DNA of 63,138 bases from Pseudomonadota bacterium (GCA_031416315.1 JANOTL010000208.1:1-63138); one strand, 5' to 3'. Shown: positions 30,285-40,410, counted from the stretch's first letter. Numbers and translations: made by a program. The notes: generated by a model from the sequence alone, not told the origin.

Positions 30285-31249
30285 AGTAAGGTCTTCGCGC
30301 GGACGACGTCGGCGGAGATGGCTCCCACCATCTCCTCCATGCTCCCGAATTTCAGCTCGTCCCTGAGGCGATGCGTCAGATAAAACCCCGCCCGCATCCC
30401 ATAAAGCGCGTCCACCCCATACGTTCCCGCCAGCAGATGCGCCTCGACCCGCAAGCTCGGTTTCGCCTGTTTCACGGTCGGCCGCACGCCGATGTTGAAC
30501 GCGGCAGGCACCGCCTGCGAAGGCAGGCGCGTGAACGTCGGGTCCGCGCCGAGATGCACGTAGCCGGCGTAGACTCCGTGCGCTGGGACGAGCTGCTCGA
30601 TCCCCTCGAGATTCGCCGTGGGAAAGCCGATGGTGCGGCCGAGCTGATCGCCCCGGAGGATCGTACCTTCCAGCATGTAGGGCCGCCCGAGCATCGCGCG
30701 CACCAGCTCGACCTTGCCGCCGTGCGCCAGGGCGCCGCGAATGCGCGTGCTGCTGACCGGCTCGCCGTCTTCTAGCGCCGGCGGCATCGCCTCGACCGTG
30801 ATGCCGTCGGCCATGCCGGCCGCGCCGAGGTAGGCCGTGTCCCCGATCCGCCCGTGGCCGAACCGGAACGAGCTCCCGACCACGATCGCGCGGGCTCTGA
30901 GCGTTTGCTTAAGCAGACGCTCGTAGAATTCCGCATGGCTCACGCGACCGAAAGCTTGATCGAACGTCTGCAGGATCTCGAACGCGAGCCCGAGCTCCGC
31001 GAAGGCGCGCGTCTTTTGCGCCGCCGTCGCGAGCCGCGGCGGCGCCTCGCCGCGCAGGACGAGCTCCGGATGCGGGTCGAAGCTCAAGGCCGCAGGCTTG
31101 GCGCCGAGGCGCAAGCTCAGCTCCAGGGTCCTGGCGATCAGGCGCTGGTGGCCGAGGTGGCAGCCGTCGAAATTGCCGATGGTCAGAGCCACGGCAGCTT
31201 GGCCGAGGCTCGTTTTGGCCCTGTCGGTAGTCGTCGTCTCGAACTGCAT
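30281..31249 (-). CDS. ribF: Riboflavin kinase / FAD synthetase
   Basis: IGNFDGCHLGH, VSSTRIR, GRTIGFPTAN, VEAH. Confidence 0.95.
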   Translation of the reverse strand: MQFETTTTDRAKTSLGQAAVALTIGNFDGCHLGHQRLIARTLELSLRLGAKPAALSFDPHPELVLRGEAPPRLATAAQKTRAFAELGLAFEILQTFDQAFGRVSHAEFYERLLKQTLRARAIVVGSSFRFGHGRIGDTAYLGAAGMADGITVEAMPPALEDGEPVSSTRIRGALAHGGKVELVRAMLGRPYMLEGTILRGDQLGRTIGFPTANLEGIEQLVPAHGVYAGYVHLGADPTFTRLPSQAVPAAFNIGVRPTVKQAKPSLRVEAHLLAGTYGVDALYGMRAGFYLTHRLRDELKFGSMEEMVGAISADVVRAKTLL

Positions 31250-31318
31250 CAATCTGAAACTTATACGGGTTTGGCCCGGGCCTTGAAACCGGTCGGGCGA
31301 AAGATTAGTACACGGGCG

Positions 31319-31894
31319 ATGCAACACTCGCCTAAACAAGTCCTCAAGCTCTTACCACTGCTGGCCTTCCTTGCCACTGCGGCGTTTGGCGCCCCGGAAT
31401 CGCTGCCGTTCTCGCCCGCGACCGAGTTGCCGGGCCTCCAGATCGCGGCGAACTCCTCGGCCGACGCCGACAGCTCGAGCCAGTTGCTCTGGTTCGCCGG
31501 GCTAGCCGCCTTTTTGGTCTTTCTCGGCGCCTGGTCCGCCGCCGGCCGTCTTTTCGGCGCCCGCAAGGCCGACAACCTCTTCCTAAACCTCCGCATGCAG
31601 GTCGACGGCCGCGGCGAGCAGCAAGTTTACTTGCGCTCGCTCGATTTGAGCCACGCCACCTTCGTCTGCCCGATCGCGTTGACGCGCGGCACCCGCGTTC
31701 GTCTAAACCTAGGCTCGCTCCCGGACTACCCGAGCGAGATGTGGGTCGACGCGAACGTCGCGAGCCTCGGGCGAATGGGCGGCGAGAGCTTTCTGATCAA
31801 GGTCCGCCTCCCGGCCCTGAAGCTCGAGCAGAGGCAGCCGCTCATGCAGTACTTGGACGCGCTCGGCGGACAATCGCGCCTCTCGCACGCCTGA
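31319..31894 (+). CDS. Membrane protein with PilZ-like C-terminal domain
   Basis: Signal and TM segments, then RK...., SLDLS and a beta-rich C-terminus; coupled to aroE. Confidence 0.55.
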   Translation: MQHSPKQVLKLLPLLAFLATAAFGAPESLPFSPATELPGLQIAANSSADADSSSQLLWFAGLAAFLVFLGAWSAAGRLFGARKADNLFLNLRMQVDGRGEQQVYLRSLDLSHATFVCPIALTRGTRVRLNLGSLPDYPSEMWVDANVASLGRMGGESFLIKVRLPALKLEQRQPLMQYLDALGGQSRLSHA

Positions 31895-32682
31895 TGGCGA
31901 TCGACGGGGCGACGCGGATCCTTGGGCTCGTCGGCGAAAGCATCGAGTACACGATGTCGCCCGCGATGCACAACCGCGCGGCCGCGAAGCTCGGCGTCAA
32001 CGCGGTTTATCTGCCGTTCTCCCTGCCTGAGGCAAAGATCGCGAGTTTTTTGGATCTGATGTGGGGCCTCGGCGCCGTCGGCTTCAACGTGACGCAGCCG
32101 CACAAGGGCGCCGTCGCGAAGCTCGTGCCAGGCTCCGGTCTGGGCTCCGTCAACACGCTCTTCCGCGGTGAGCACGGTTGGACCGCTGCCTCGACCGACG
32201 GCGAAGGCTTCGCCCGCGGCCTTTTGCGCACGGGTCGCGAGCTCGGCTCGTTCGCCGAGATCGTCATGCTCGGAAGCGGCGGCGCCGCGCAGGCGATCGT
32301 CGAGCATTTGGCGACGGCGTCGCTGCAGCCGAAGCTGACGACCTTGCGACGGGCCGAGCTTCAAGACGCGACCGCCCTGACCACGGCGCTCGCCGGCAAA
32401 GGTGAGGAAACACTCTTGATCCAAGCGACCAGCGCCCCGCTCAAGGGCGACGACCTGAGCTCGCTCACGCCGGCGTTGCGTGACTTTCGCGGCGTCGTCT
32501 GCGACTTGGTTTACGGCAAGCCGTCGGCGCTCTATTTCGCCGCCGTCGGCAAAGATCTCGTGGCGCAAGACGGGGAGCCGATGCTGATCGAGCAGGCCCG
32601 TCTGGCTCAAAAACTTTGGTGGGGCAAAGCAGCCGCCTATGACGAGATGGCGGCGGCTTTGCGCGGGAAGACCCTAGTCTAG
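31894..32682 (+). CDS. aroE: Shikimate dehydrogenase
   Basis: SPAMHN, NVTQPHK, VNT, TDG, GSGGAA, DLVY, MLIEQA. Confidence 0.88.
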   Translation: MAIDGATRILGLVGESIEYTMSPAMHNRAAAKLGVNAVYLPFSLPEAKIASFLDLMWGLGAVGFNVTQPHKGAVAKLVPGSGLGSVNTLFRGEHGWTAASTDGEGFARGLLRTGRELGSFAEIVMLGSGGAAQAIVEHLATASLQPKLTTLRRAELQDATALTTALAGKGEETLLIQATSAPLKGDDLSSLTPALRDFRGVVCDLVYGKPSALYFAAVGKDLVAQDGEPMLIEQARLAQKLWWGKAAAYDEMAAALRGKTLV

Positions 32683-34127
32683 AATTGCACGTCCATGTCG
32701 ACGCGCTCCGCCCCCACCGTGACGTTCTTCTCCACGGTCTGCCCGTTGAGATCGAACTTCAGCGTGTAAGCGCCGGGGTTCAGCACGATGTGGTAGCTAC
32801 CGTCGTTCTTCACTTTCCACGTGAAGGGCGCCTTCGCCGAGGCGCCCAGGCCTTGCACCGTGACGTAGGTAGAAGGCTGCGCGCGCCCCGCGCCGTCCGT
32901 GATCATGCCGCGGATGCCGCTCGCGTCGAGCTGCTCGAAGAGGTACTGCCACGCCGGACGCATCTTCTCGACCGTCGGCTGGCGGTTGCTGTACGCGGGC
33001 TGGAAGCCGAGGCTCGAGCTGTTGATCTCGATCACCATCGGGATGACGTTGTGCTCGTGGTACATCCAGTCGATGTCGCCGCCGTCGACGGCATAGAGCA
33101 GCTCCCACGCGGTACCCGGCGCGTAGGTCCCCTGGCCCGAGTCGGTGACGATCTTCCCGGCCATGTCGCGACCGACGCGCTCGACGACTTCGCGCGTCTC
33201 CGTGCGCGAATCGTCGCAGCCGTACGGGTAGATCACGAGTTCCGAGTACGAGTGGTACGAGATGTCGAACACCGGCTGAATGCGCGCGACGAGGCCCATC
33301 AGCGCCTGCGTTTCAGGCTCGGAGCCGGCGGAAGGGCCGCGGTAGGTGTCCGACCAACTCGAGCCGCTCGAGCCATTGCAAGTGCCCCATGCGTAGGGAT
33401 AGTTCCGGTTCACGTCGACGCCGAAATTACCGCGCGTGTTTTTGCGCCACATCGAGTTGCCGTTCCAGACCTTGTTGTTGCCGTCGCTGTTGAGCATCGG
33501 CACGAGCCAGATCTCGTTGCTCTCGACCCAGTGCGTCACCTGCGGGTCTTGGCCGTATTTGGTGAGCAGGACCTCGGCGGTGTCGAGCACGACCTCGGGG
33601 GTCATGATCTCGCGCGCATGGTGCATGCCGTTGAAGAGGATCGACGGCTTGCGGGGATCGTGCGACTCCGGATCGAGCGCGATCTTCAGCGCCCAGATGT
33701 CGCGATTCTCGACGGTCTTGCCGATCGACTCGAGACGCGTGATCGCCGGGTGGGCGTCGTGCAGCTGACGTAGGATCGCCGCGATCTCGTCCGGAGTCTT
33801 GTAGTCCGCTTCGGGCGCGAGGGTCGTGTCGATGGTTTTTTGGCCTTCGACCGGGTAGCCGAGAAAGCGGAGGGAGAGGCCTTCGTCCTTCGTCCGCGTC
33901 AGGACGTCGACCGTGCCGTTCTCGAGGCTGACGCCGCCGATGTCGTAGCCGTCGGCGACCAGGCCCTCGATCATCGAGCGGTCCTTGCCGATCTTGATGG
34001 TCGAGATCGTCACCTCACCCGACTCCCCGAGCTGGGTGGTGTGAGCTTGCGCCGCGCTCGCAAGCGCAACTGCCGCAATTCCGAACACCGCGCGCACGTA
34101 AGTGCGCTGAACGGTCCGCCGATCCAT
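32679..34127 (-). CDS. Secreted M14 zinc carboxypeptidase (carboxypeptidase T-like)
   Basis: HHARE, WRKN, GVDVNRN, SEPET, YHSY. Confidence 0.92.
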   Translation of the reverse strand: MDRRTVQRTYVRAVFGIAAVALASAAQAHTTQLGESGEVTISTIKIGKDRSMIEGLVADGYDIGGVSLENGTVDVLTRTKDEGLSLRFLGYPVEGQKTIDTTLAPEADYKTPDEIAAILRQLHDAHPAITRLESIGKTVENRDIWALKIALDPESHDPRKPSILFNGMHHAREIMTPEVVLDTAEVLLTKYGQDPQVTHWVESNEIWLVPMLNSDGNNKVWNGNSMWRKNTRGNFGVDVNRNYPYAWGTCNGSSGSSWSDTYRGPSAGSEPETQALMGLVARIQPVFDISYHSYSELVIYPYGCDDSRTETREVVERVGRDMAGKIVTDSGQGTYAPGTAWELLYAVDGGDIDWMYHEHNVIPMVIEINSSSLGFQPAYSNRQPTVEKMRPAWQYLFEQLDASGIRGMITDGAGRAQPSTYVTVQGLGASAKAPFTWKVKNDGSYHIVLNPGAYTLKFDLNGQTVEKNVTVGAERVDMDVQF

Positions 34128-34188
34128 GGCTTCCCCCTTCTTCCGTGAAGTGATGGAGAAGATTGTACCGCGGGAGTTGGCCGATCAG

Positions 34189-34605
34189 TCAACTTGGCCT
34201 GGTGTAGTACAGAAACTCGCCGACGTTCCCCATGGGATCCTTGAAGTAGACGCTGCGTCCGTCGCTGCGGTCGTAAGGTCCTTTGAGGATGGTCGCGCCG
34301 CGCTCGGCAATGTGAGCGGCGAAGCGGTCCACCTCGTCGGGGGTGCCCGCAAAGAAGCCGTAGTGATCGAGCGTCTGGAAGCCGGCCCGGCCCGTAGCCT
34401 TCGACTCGAGGCCGTGCTCCGGCTTGGTCACGGCCATGCGCGGCGTCTTGATCGCGATGACGTCGTCACCCGCGTGCACGAAGATCAGCTCGCCCCGGTC
34501 CTCGATCAGTTCGAGTCCGAGCGTGTCGATGAACCAGGTCTTGGCAGCTTCGATGTCTTCCACGATCAGCCCGAGGTGATTCAGCCCACGGATCTCGAAA
34601 TTCAT
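34189..34605 (-). CDS. VOC/glyoxalase family protein
   Basis: HLGL.V.D, H.GF, YFKDP.GN.E. Confidence 0.88.
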   Translation of the reverse strand: MNFEIRGLNHLGLIVEDIEAAKTWFIDTLGLELIEDRGELIFVHAGDDVIAIKTPRMAVTKPEHGLESKATGRAGFQTLDHYGFFAGTPDEVDRFAAHIAERGATILKGPYDRSDGRSVYFKDPMGNVGEFLYYTRPS

Positions 34606-35393
34606 AGGACGGCCCCCGTGCGGACCTCCGGCTGGCGGTCCGAGCCGTTTTTCATATCACGAGAGAGGATCGGGACGGGCTCCGGCATCGAGGTCGTCAG
34701 CGCGGCGCGCACGACACGGGCCAGATCGCGGATCAGGCCGCGGCCCAGAGGGATCTGGCGGAGCTGGAAGCGGTCGACCAAGTTCCCGGAGTTGGGACCG
34801 ACGTGGGCCGAAAGCGCGCCGAGGAAGCCTTCTTCGCGCACGCAGCTCAAGGTCGTCGCATCGTAGGCGCCGAAGGGATACGCGAAGACCTTGGCGGGCT
34901 TGCCGCTCATCGAGTGCATCGCGGTCTTGGCCTTGGCGACGATCTGGCGTTGCTCGAGGTAGGAGCGCGTCGACAGGTCGACGGCCTCGTGGCCAAGGAC
35001 GCCGAGCTCCCAACCGCGATCCTGAAGGCGACGGAGCTCGCCCCATTTGAAGCGCGGGTCGCGGGCGTCTTCGGTCACGCCGCCGGTGGCGACGAAGAGG
35101 GTCGTTGGCAGGCCGAGCCGTTCGAGCCGACGTTGGGCCGCACGCGGCATGGGCGCGGCCGGCGAGGTCTCCATGGTGAAGACCGCGAGGCGTTCCCCGG
35201 ACGCTGGTCCGATCTGCAGGGCCTCGCTCGCGGTGACGAAGCGAAAGCCGAAGCGCCGGAGGATCGCCACCATGATGCCGAGCGCAAAGCGCGTGGGCGG
35301 AGCGCGACGCCGCATCGGGCGTTTCGCCTTCGGCAGTCGATCGAGGATCAGGGGCGCGATGTTCAGGATGAGGGTTCTTGTCGGAGAGGGCAC
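34602..35393 (-). CDS. Polysaccharide deacetylase-like protein with degenerate active site
   Basis: TLFV.TG, W.EL..L...GWELG, FAYPFG; TFDD and HxxxH absent. Confidence 0.7.
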   Translation of the reverse strand: MPSPTRTLILNIAPLILDRLPKAKRPMRRRAPPTRFALGIMVAILRRFGFRFVTASEALQIGPASGERLAVFTMETSPAAPMPRAAQRRLERLGLPTTLFVATGGVTEDARDPRFKWGELRRLQDRGWELGVLGHEAVDLSTRSYLEQRQIVAKAKTAMHSMSGKPAKVFAYPFGAYDATTLSCVREEGFLGALSAHVGPNSGNLVDRFQLRQIPLGRGLIRDLARVVRAALTTSMPEPVPILSRDMKNGSDRQPEVRTGAVL

Positions 35394-35496
35394 GAGTCGT
35401 GATACCTGTGGTGGGATTCGTTGGTGTCAGTACTGGGATGATTATAATTCGTTACTGTACGGAAGTCATGCTGAGGAAGCTCTAAGACCCCGCCAA

Positions 35497-36576
35497 GTGA
35501 ATCAAACATCTGAAATCATTAATTTTTTGTCCGAAACAGCCAGGGCGCACGGCCTTGTGCTCGTGGGCGTCGCGAGCCTCGGACCCGAGCCGGACTACGG
35601 CCGCTTCGCCACTTGGATCGACGCCGGCGAGCACGCGGGAATGGACTACCTGGAGCGCAATCGCGAGTTGCGCGAAGATCCGGCGCGACTCCTGCCAGGC
35701 GCAAAGAGCGCGATCATCGTCGCGCTGCCTTACGGACAAGGCGACGCGCTCCCTTTGCGCGGCGCTGCGCCGGCGCCTCGCGTGGCGCAGTACGCGCGCC
35801 TGCGTGACTACCACAAAATCCTTTGGCGCGAAGGCGAAGCGCTGCTCGAAGCGCTTTGGGAACGCCTTGGCCACCGTGGCGTCGGGCGGGTCCTGGTCGA
35901 CTCGGCACCGATCCTCGAGCGGGCTTTGGCGGCACGGGCCGGGCGCGGTTTCATCGGCAAGAACACCTGCTACATCGATCCGGAGGAAGGCAGCTTTCTG
36001 CTATTGGCCGAGATCGTCTTGGATCTCGCGCTCGAAGCGACCGCGTCGCCTCCGGTTAATCCTGAGGCGCGTACCAAGGCAGGTGGCTGCGGCAGCTGCA
36101 AGCGATGTCAGGTGCATTGCCCGACCGGCGCCCTGGACGCGGCGTATAGGCTCGATGCGCGCAAGTGCCTAGCCTATTGGACGATCGAGCATCGCGGCGT
36201 GATTCCGGAGGAGTTCTGGTTCGGTCTCGGGATCTATCTCTTCGGCTGCGACATCTGCCAACTCGCTTGTCCCTATAATCGCGGCGTTCCCTCTTCGGTC
36301 GCGGCGAACGCCATTCGCGTCGAGGCGGCGCCGCCGCTCTTGGAGGTCGCGACCATGGATCAAGCCGCGTACGAGCGCCTCTTCGGGGGAACCCCGATGA
36401 CGCGAGCGAAGCGCGAGGGCCTGATGCGCAACGCGCTGATCGCGATGGCGGTCACCGACGCGCCGCAGCTCGAGGCGGCGCTCGCGCAGGCCGAGGCCGC
36501 GGGTGCACCGCCAGTCGTCCGCGAGACGGCCGCTCAGATTCGGGCGCGCGCCAGCCGCGCGGCCGGGGTTACGTGA
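35497..36576 (+). CDS. queG: Epoxyqueuosine reductase
   Basis: DYH, VDSAPILER, GKN, CGSCKRCQVHCPTGAL, GCDICQLACP. Confidence 0.92.
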   Translation: MNQTSEIINFLSETARAHGLVLVGVASLGPEPDYGRFATWIDAGEHAGMDYLERNRELREDPARLLPGAKSAIIVALPYGQGDALPLRGAAPAPRVAQYARLRDYHKILWREGEALLEALWERLGHRGVGRVLVDSAPILERALAARAGRGFIGKNTCYIDPEEGSFLLLAEIVLDLALEATASPPVNPEARTKAGGCGSCKRCQVHCPTGALDAAYRLDARKCLAYWTIEHRGVIPEEFWFGLGIYLFGCDICQLACPYNRGVPSSVAANAIRVEAAPPLLEVATMDQAAYERLFGGTPMTRAKREGLMRNALIAMAVTDAPQLEAALAQAEAAGAPPVVRETAAQIRARASRAAGVT

Positions 36577-37387
36577 ACTGCGCGTCGATCTTCGTATAGG
36601 CCTTGGCCGCGTGCCACATGGGTACGAGCTGTCGCAGCAGGGTCTCCGCCTGATCGATCCGCAGCTGCGCGTCCTTGTCGCTGATCGCGCGCGGCGGATC
36701 GGTGTGCACCTCGAGGAAATAGCCCGAGAGGTGCCCGGTCGCCGTTGCGGCGCGCGCGAGGACCGGCGCGAACTGGCGCTGGCCGCCCGAGGTCGTGCCG
36801 CCTTCGCCGCCGGTCGCGGGAAGCTGCGTGCTGTGCGTGATGTCCAGGATCAAAGGCGCCTTCGTGGCCGCCATGATCGGAAAGGCCCGCATGTCGACGA
36901 CGAGATTGCCGTAGCCGAAGGACACGCCGCGCTCCGTGAGCCACACGTCCTTTGACCCGGCGCGCGCCTTCTCGACGATGCTCGCCATGGCGGCCGGGGC
37001 CATGAACTGCCCCTTCTTAACGTTCACGATCCGGCCCGTCTTCGCGGCCGCGACGACGAGGTCGGTCTGCCGGCAGAGAAAGGCGGGGATCTGCAGCACG
37101 TCGCAGACCTTCGCGGCCGGCTCGCATTGCCAGGACTCGTGGACATCGGTCAAGACGGGCACGCCGAGCTTGGCCTTCAAGTCGGCGAACCAGCCCATCG
37201 TTTGCTCGAGGCCAGGTCCGCGATGGCTGCCGCCCGCGGTGCGGTTGGCTTTGTCGAAGCTCGCCTTGAAGACGTAGTCGAAACCTAGCTCCTTGGAGAG
37301 CTTGGCCATGGCGGCGCCGACGATGTTGATCAGCTCTTCGGATTCGGCGGCGCAGGGGCCGGCGATCACTAAGGGGCGGTCTCGCAT
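36569..37387 (-). CDS. kdsA: KDO8P synthase
   Basis: IAGPC, KASFDKANRT, QIPAFLCRQT, KKGQF, ERG. Confidence 0.96.
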   Translation of the reverse strand: MRDRPLVIAGPCAAESEELINIVGAAMAKLSKELGFDYVFKASFDKANRTAGGSHRGPGLEQTMGWFADLKAKLGVPVLTDVHESWQCEPAAKVCDVLQIPAFLCRQTDLVVAAAKTGRIVNVKKGQFMAPAAMASIVEKARAGSKDVWLTERGVSFGYGNLVVDMRAFPIMAATKAPLILDITHSTQLPATGGEGGTTSGGQRQFAPVLARAATATGHLSGYFLEVHTDPPRAISDKDAQLRIDQAETLLRQLVPMWHAAKAYTKIDAQFT

Positions 37388-37462
37388 GACGAACTTCTAC
37401 ACCTTAGCCTTGACGACCGCAACGGAGCCGTCTAAGTAGGTTATTCCTTGAAGCGGGCCATC

Positions 37463-37538
37463 GGCGTCTTAGCTCAGCCGGTAGAGCAGTGGATTGAAAA
37501 TCCACGTGTCCCCAGTTCGATTCTGGGAGACGCCACCA
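37463..37538 (+). tRNA. tRNA-Phe (GAA)
   Basis: 76-nt cloverleaf; GTGGA-TTGAAAA-TCCAC anticodon arm; GTTCGA; encoded CCA. Confidence 0.97.
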
Positions 37539-37579
37539 CCCTCGCTTTCAAGTTCCTTCTCGCTGAAGAGAGCGCTCCG

Positions 37580-37975
37580 ATGCTGGAAACACTGATCACC
37601 GTCGTTCATGTCCTCGTCGCCTTGTTCATGATCTTGGTCGTCCTCGTCCAGGGCGGAAACCAAGGTGGCGTCGGCGCGGCTTTCGGCGGCGGCAACTCCG
37701 CCGGCGTCTTCGGCGCCACGGGGGCGACCTCGCTCCTCGGGAAGCTGACCTACGGCGCCGCCGGTCTTTTCATGGCGACGTCGATCACCTTGACCGTCAT
37801 GCAAGGCAAAGGCGGCAACGTCGGCCTGAAGGAAAAGCTAAAAGGCTCGGCCGAGACGACGCCGGCGGTGCCGGCTCCCGCGGCGGCGGTTCCTGCGGCG
37901 CCTGCTGCTCCGGTCGCTGCCCCGGCTGCTCCGGTCGCTGCCCCCGCGCCCGCGACGACCACTCCGGCTCCTTGA
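37580..37975 (+). CDS. secG: Preprotein translocase SecG with Ala/Pro-rich tail
   Basis: VLVQ.G..GG.GAAFGGG, L.KLT; followed by tRNA-Leu. Confidence 0.93.
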   Translation: MLETLITVVHVLVALFMILVVLVQGGNQGGVGAAFGGGNSAGVFGATGATSLLGKLTYGAAGLFMATSITLTVMQGKGGNVGLKEKLKGSAETTPAVPAPAAAVPAAPAAPVAAPAAPVAAPAPATTTPAP

Positions 37976-38018
37976 TCTCCGGATCTCGTTTGATGTAATT
38001 AGTTCGTCCTTGTTCGAT

Positions 38019-38103
38019 GCGATCGTGGTGAAATTGGTAGACACGCTAGTTTGAGGGACTAGTGCCGCAAGGCGTGGAGGTTCAAGTCCTCTCGATCGCA
38101 CCA
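38019..38103 (+). tRNA. tRNA-Leu (GAG)
   Basis: 85 nt with long variable arm; CTAGT-TTGAGGG-ACTAG; encoded CCA. Confidence 0.97.
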
Positions 38104-38109
38104 GACTCC

Positions 38110-38793
38110 GTGAGAGTGACCATCCGATCCGTATGGGAAGCCCGCGCCGCCTCGGCAGCCGCTCCGGACGCGATTGTCTTGTTCGATGTGTTTCGTGCCT
38201 CGACGACCTTGCTGGCGCTCTTCTCCTGCGGGCCTGGCGAGGTCGTCGCGACCAATGATCGGCGGCGCGCCGAGGCGTTGCGCGCCGAAGGCTACCTCTT
38301 GATCTCGGAGGTCTTCGCGGGCGACTTCGACAATTCGCCGTCCCAGGTCCTGGCGGCGCCGCTCGCCGGCAAAAAGATCGTGCACAAGTCGACGAACCTC
38401 ACGACCGTGCTCTTCGCGCTCGAGCTCCAGGCGGGACAACGCGCCTACCTCGGAGGCTTCGGGAACCTCAGCCGGCTTACCTCGCACCTCGTCCAGGCGG
38501 AATATCAGCACATCGAGCTCGTTCCCGCCGGGCACTTCGCGAAAAAGCGCGAAGCGGACGAAGATTCTGCGGCGGCCGAGCTCCTCGCCGCCTATCTTCG
38601 CGGCAAGGTCTGTCGGGACCTCCCGCGCCGCACGGCGATCGACGCGTACCTGCAGCGACTGAAAGAGCGGCGTGAGGACATTGCGGAGCACTACTTCCGG
38701 GATGCGGCCTTGGCTCTGGAGATCGATCGGTTTCCGGAGCTAGTTTGCGCCGAGCCGCGGGCCGACGGCCTCGTGAGCTGGAGACGAGCATGA
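38110..38793 (+). CDS. ComB-like 2-phosphosulfolactate phosphatase family protein
   Basis: FDVFRASTT, FDNSP, STN.T, ED..AA; GTG at 38110 or 38116. Confidence 0.8.
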   Translation: MRVTIRSVWEARAASAAAPDAIVLFDVFRASTTLLALFSCGPGEVVATNDRRRAEALRAEGYLLISEVFAGDFDNSPSQVLAAPLAGKKIVHKSTNLTTVLFALELQAGQRAYLGGFGNLSRLTSHLVQAEYQHIELVPAGHFAKKREADEDSAAAELLAAYLRGKVCRDLPRRTAIDAYLQRLKERREDIAEHYFRDAALALEIDRFPELVCAEPRADGLVSWRRA

Positions 38794-39584
38794 AGGTTCT
38801 GTCCGCCCCTTGGCCCCTGATCGGCGTCGTGCACTTGCCGCCCCTTCCGGGATACCCCGGCTACCCTGGCATGAAGGCCTTGGTGCGCCATGCGCTAGCC
38901 GATCTGGAGGCACTCGAGGCCGCGGGCTTTCAAGGCATCTTGATCGAGAACGAGAACGACCAGCCCCATCGCGTGCTCGCGGCGCCGGAGACGACGGCGG
39001 CGATGACCGAGATCGTCGGCCGTGCGGTCGAGCGGGCGAAAAAGGTCGTCGTCGGCGCGGAGATCCTCCTGAACGATCCGCGGGCCTCCCTGGCCGTAGC
39101 CCTTGCAGGTGGCGCGAGCTTCATGCGCACTGACTATTTCGTCGATCGCATGGCGCGGGACGAGTACGGCGGCGAGATGGCGATCGATCCAGAGGGGCTT
39201 CTCGCCTTCCGGCGGACGATCGGCGCCACAGACGTGGCGATTTTCGCCGACGTGCAGGTGAAGTACGCGCGGATGCTCGAGCTGAAGACGATCGCTCAGT
39301 CCGCTCAGGAAGCGCGCGCGAAGGGCGCCGACGGCATCATCATCACCGGGAGTTTGACCGGGACGGCGCCGGTGCACCAGGACATCGAAGCGGCGCGCGC
39401 CGCGATCCCGGGGCATCCGGTCCTGATCGGCAGCGGCCTGAGCGCCGAGAACGCGGCGGGGCTCGTTGCGCGCGCGACCGGCGCGATCGTGGGCACCGGC
39501 ATCATGACGAACGGAATCATCGACCGGGCGAAGGCCCTGGCTTTGAAGCGCGAGGTGGATCGCCATGTTCGTCTGTCTCGGTGA
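38790..39584 (+). CDS. BtpA/SgcQ family protein
   Basis: IGVVHLPPLPG.P, ENEND.P, DVQVKY, IITG..TG, LIGSG. Confidence 0.9.
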   Translation: MKVLSAPWPLIGVVHLPPLPGYPGYPGMKALVRHALADLEALEAAGFQGILIENENDQPHRVLAAPETTAAMTEIVGRAVERAKKVVVGAEILLNDPRASLAVALAGGASFMRTDYFVDRMARDEYGGEMAIDPEGLLAFRRTIGATDVAIFADVQVKYARMLELKTIAQSAQEARAKGADGIIITGSLTGTAPVHQDIEAARAAIPGHPVLIGSGLSAENAAGLVARATGAIVGTGIMTNGIIDRAKALALKREVDRHVRLSR

Positions 39585-40371
39585 CGTCGGCGTCGACGTG
39601 ATGCTGCCGGCGGGCTTCGAGCGCGCCGGCGGGTGCGCAGCCTATCTCGCCGTCGCGGCATCGCGGGTTCTAGGGCCGGCGCAGGTTCGCGTTGTGAGCG
39701 CGGTCGGAGACGACACGCGCGGCGCGCTGGCGCTGCAGTATCTGACCGCGAACGGAATCTCCGCGGAGACGGTCCTGGCTTGGCCGGGAAGGACGCCGAC
39801 CCAGACGATCGAGGTGGATGCCTTGGGCGAGCGCCACCTGCGGGCCTACGACCCCGGCGTCTTTCCGGAATGGCGGCCGAACGGCGCGCAACTCAAGCTG
39901 ATCGCCGAGGCGGACGTCTTGACAGCCGTCGTGTACGAGCAGATCGTCCCGCTCTTCGAGGCGCTGCTCGCGGCCCCGCGGCGCGGCGAGATCTTCGTCG
40001 ACTTCATGGACATGAAGGATTTCGGCGGCGACTTCCGCCGGGTGCGCGGTTGGATGGAGGCGGTCGACGGCGGCTTCTTCGGCCTCGATTCGCGGCGCAA
40101 CGGCGCGTTGATCGAGAACGTGCGGGCGTTCGCGGCCGACTCCGGCAAGCTCTTCGTGGTCACCCTCGGCGACGAGGGCGCAATCGCCTTTGACGGCATC
40201 GTCGAGAAACGCGTGCTTCCGGAGGCCCCCGCGGCGGTCACCGACACGACCGGCGCCGGCGACACCTTCGCCGGCACGTTTCTCGCGGTGAGAGCGCTAG
40301 GGAAGCCGCTCGTGGAGATGCTCGCGTTAGCGTCCGAGGCCGCCACGCGGCACGTCTCGCGAGAGCTTTGA
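39565..40371 (+). CDS. PfkB-family carbohydrate kinase
   Basis: GG.A, VGDD..G, VTLG..G, DTTGAGDTF. Confidence 0.9.
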   Translation: MFVCLGDVGVDVMLPAGFERAGGCAAYLAVAASRVLGPAQVRVVSAVGDDTRGALALQYLTANGISAETVLAWPGRTPTQTIEVDALGERHLRAYDPGVFPEWRPNGAQLKLIAEADVLTAVVYEQIVPLFEALLAAPRRGEIFVDFMDMKDFGGDFRRVRGWMEAVDGGFFGLDSRRNGALIENVRAFAADSGKLFVVTLGDEGAIAFDGIVEKRVLPEAPAAVTDTTGAGDTFAGTFLAVRALGKPLVEMLALASEAATRHVSREL

Positions 40372-40373
40372 GC

Positions 40374-40410
40374 AAAAAAAAGCGGAGCCTTCCGTGGGGA
40401 AGGCTCCGCT
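40374..40410 (-). terminator. Rho-independent terminator
   Basis: 13-bp hairpin AGCGGAGCCTTCC/GGAAGGCTCCGCT with a T-run on the minus strand. Confidence 0.85.

Noticed and set aside
37904..37944. 21-bp-period repeat
   Set aside because: Encodes the low-complexity Ala/Pro tail of SecG
38019..38103. tRNA-Leu or tRNA-Phe as an island attachment site
   Set aside because: No duplicated tRNA 3' end or integrase was seen in the window
37448..38109. ORF extensions of secG and the ComB-like gene through the tRNAs
   Set aside because: They overlap clear tRNA genes and better starts lie downstream
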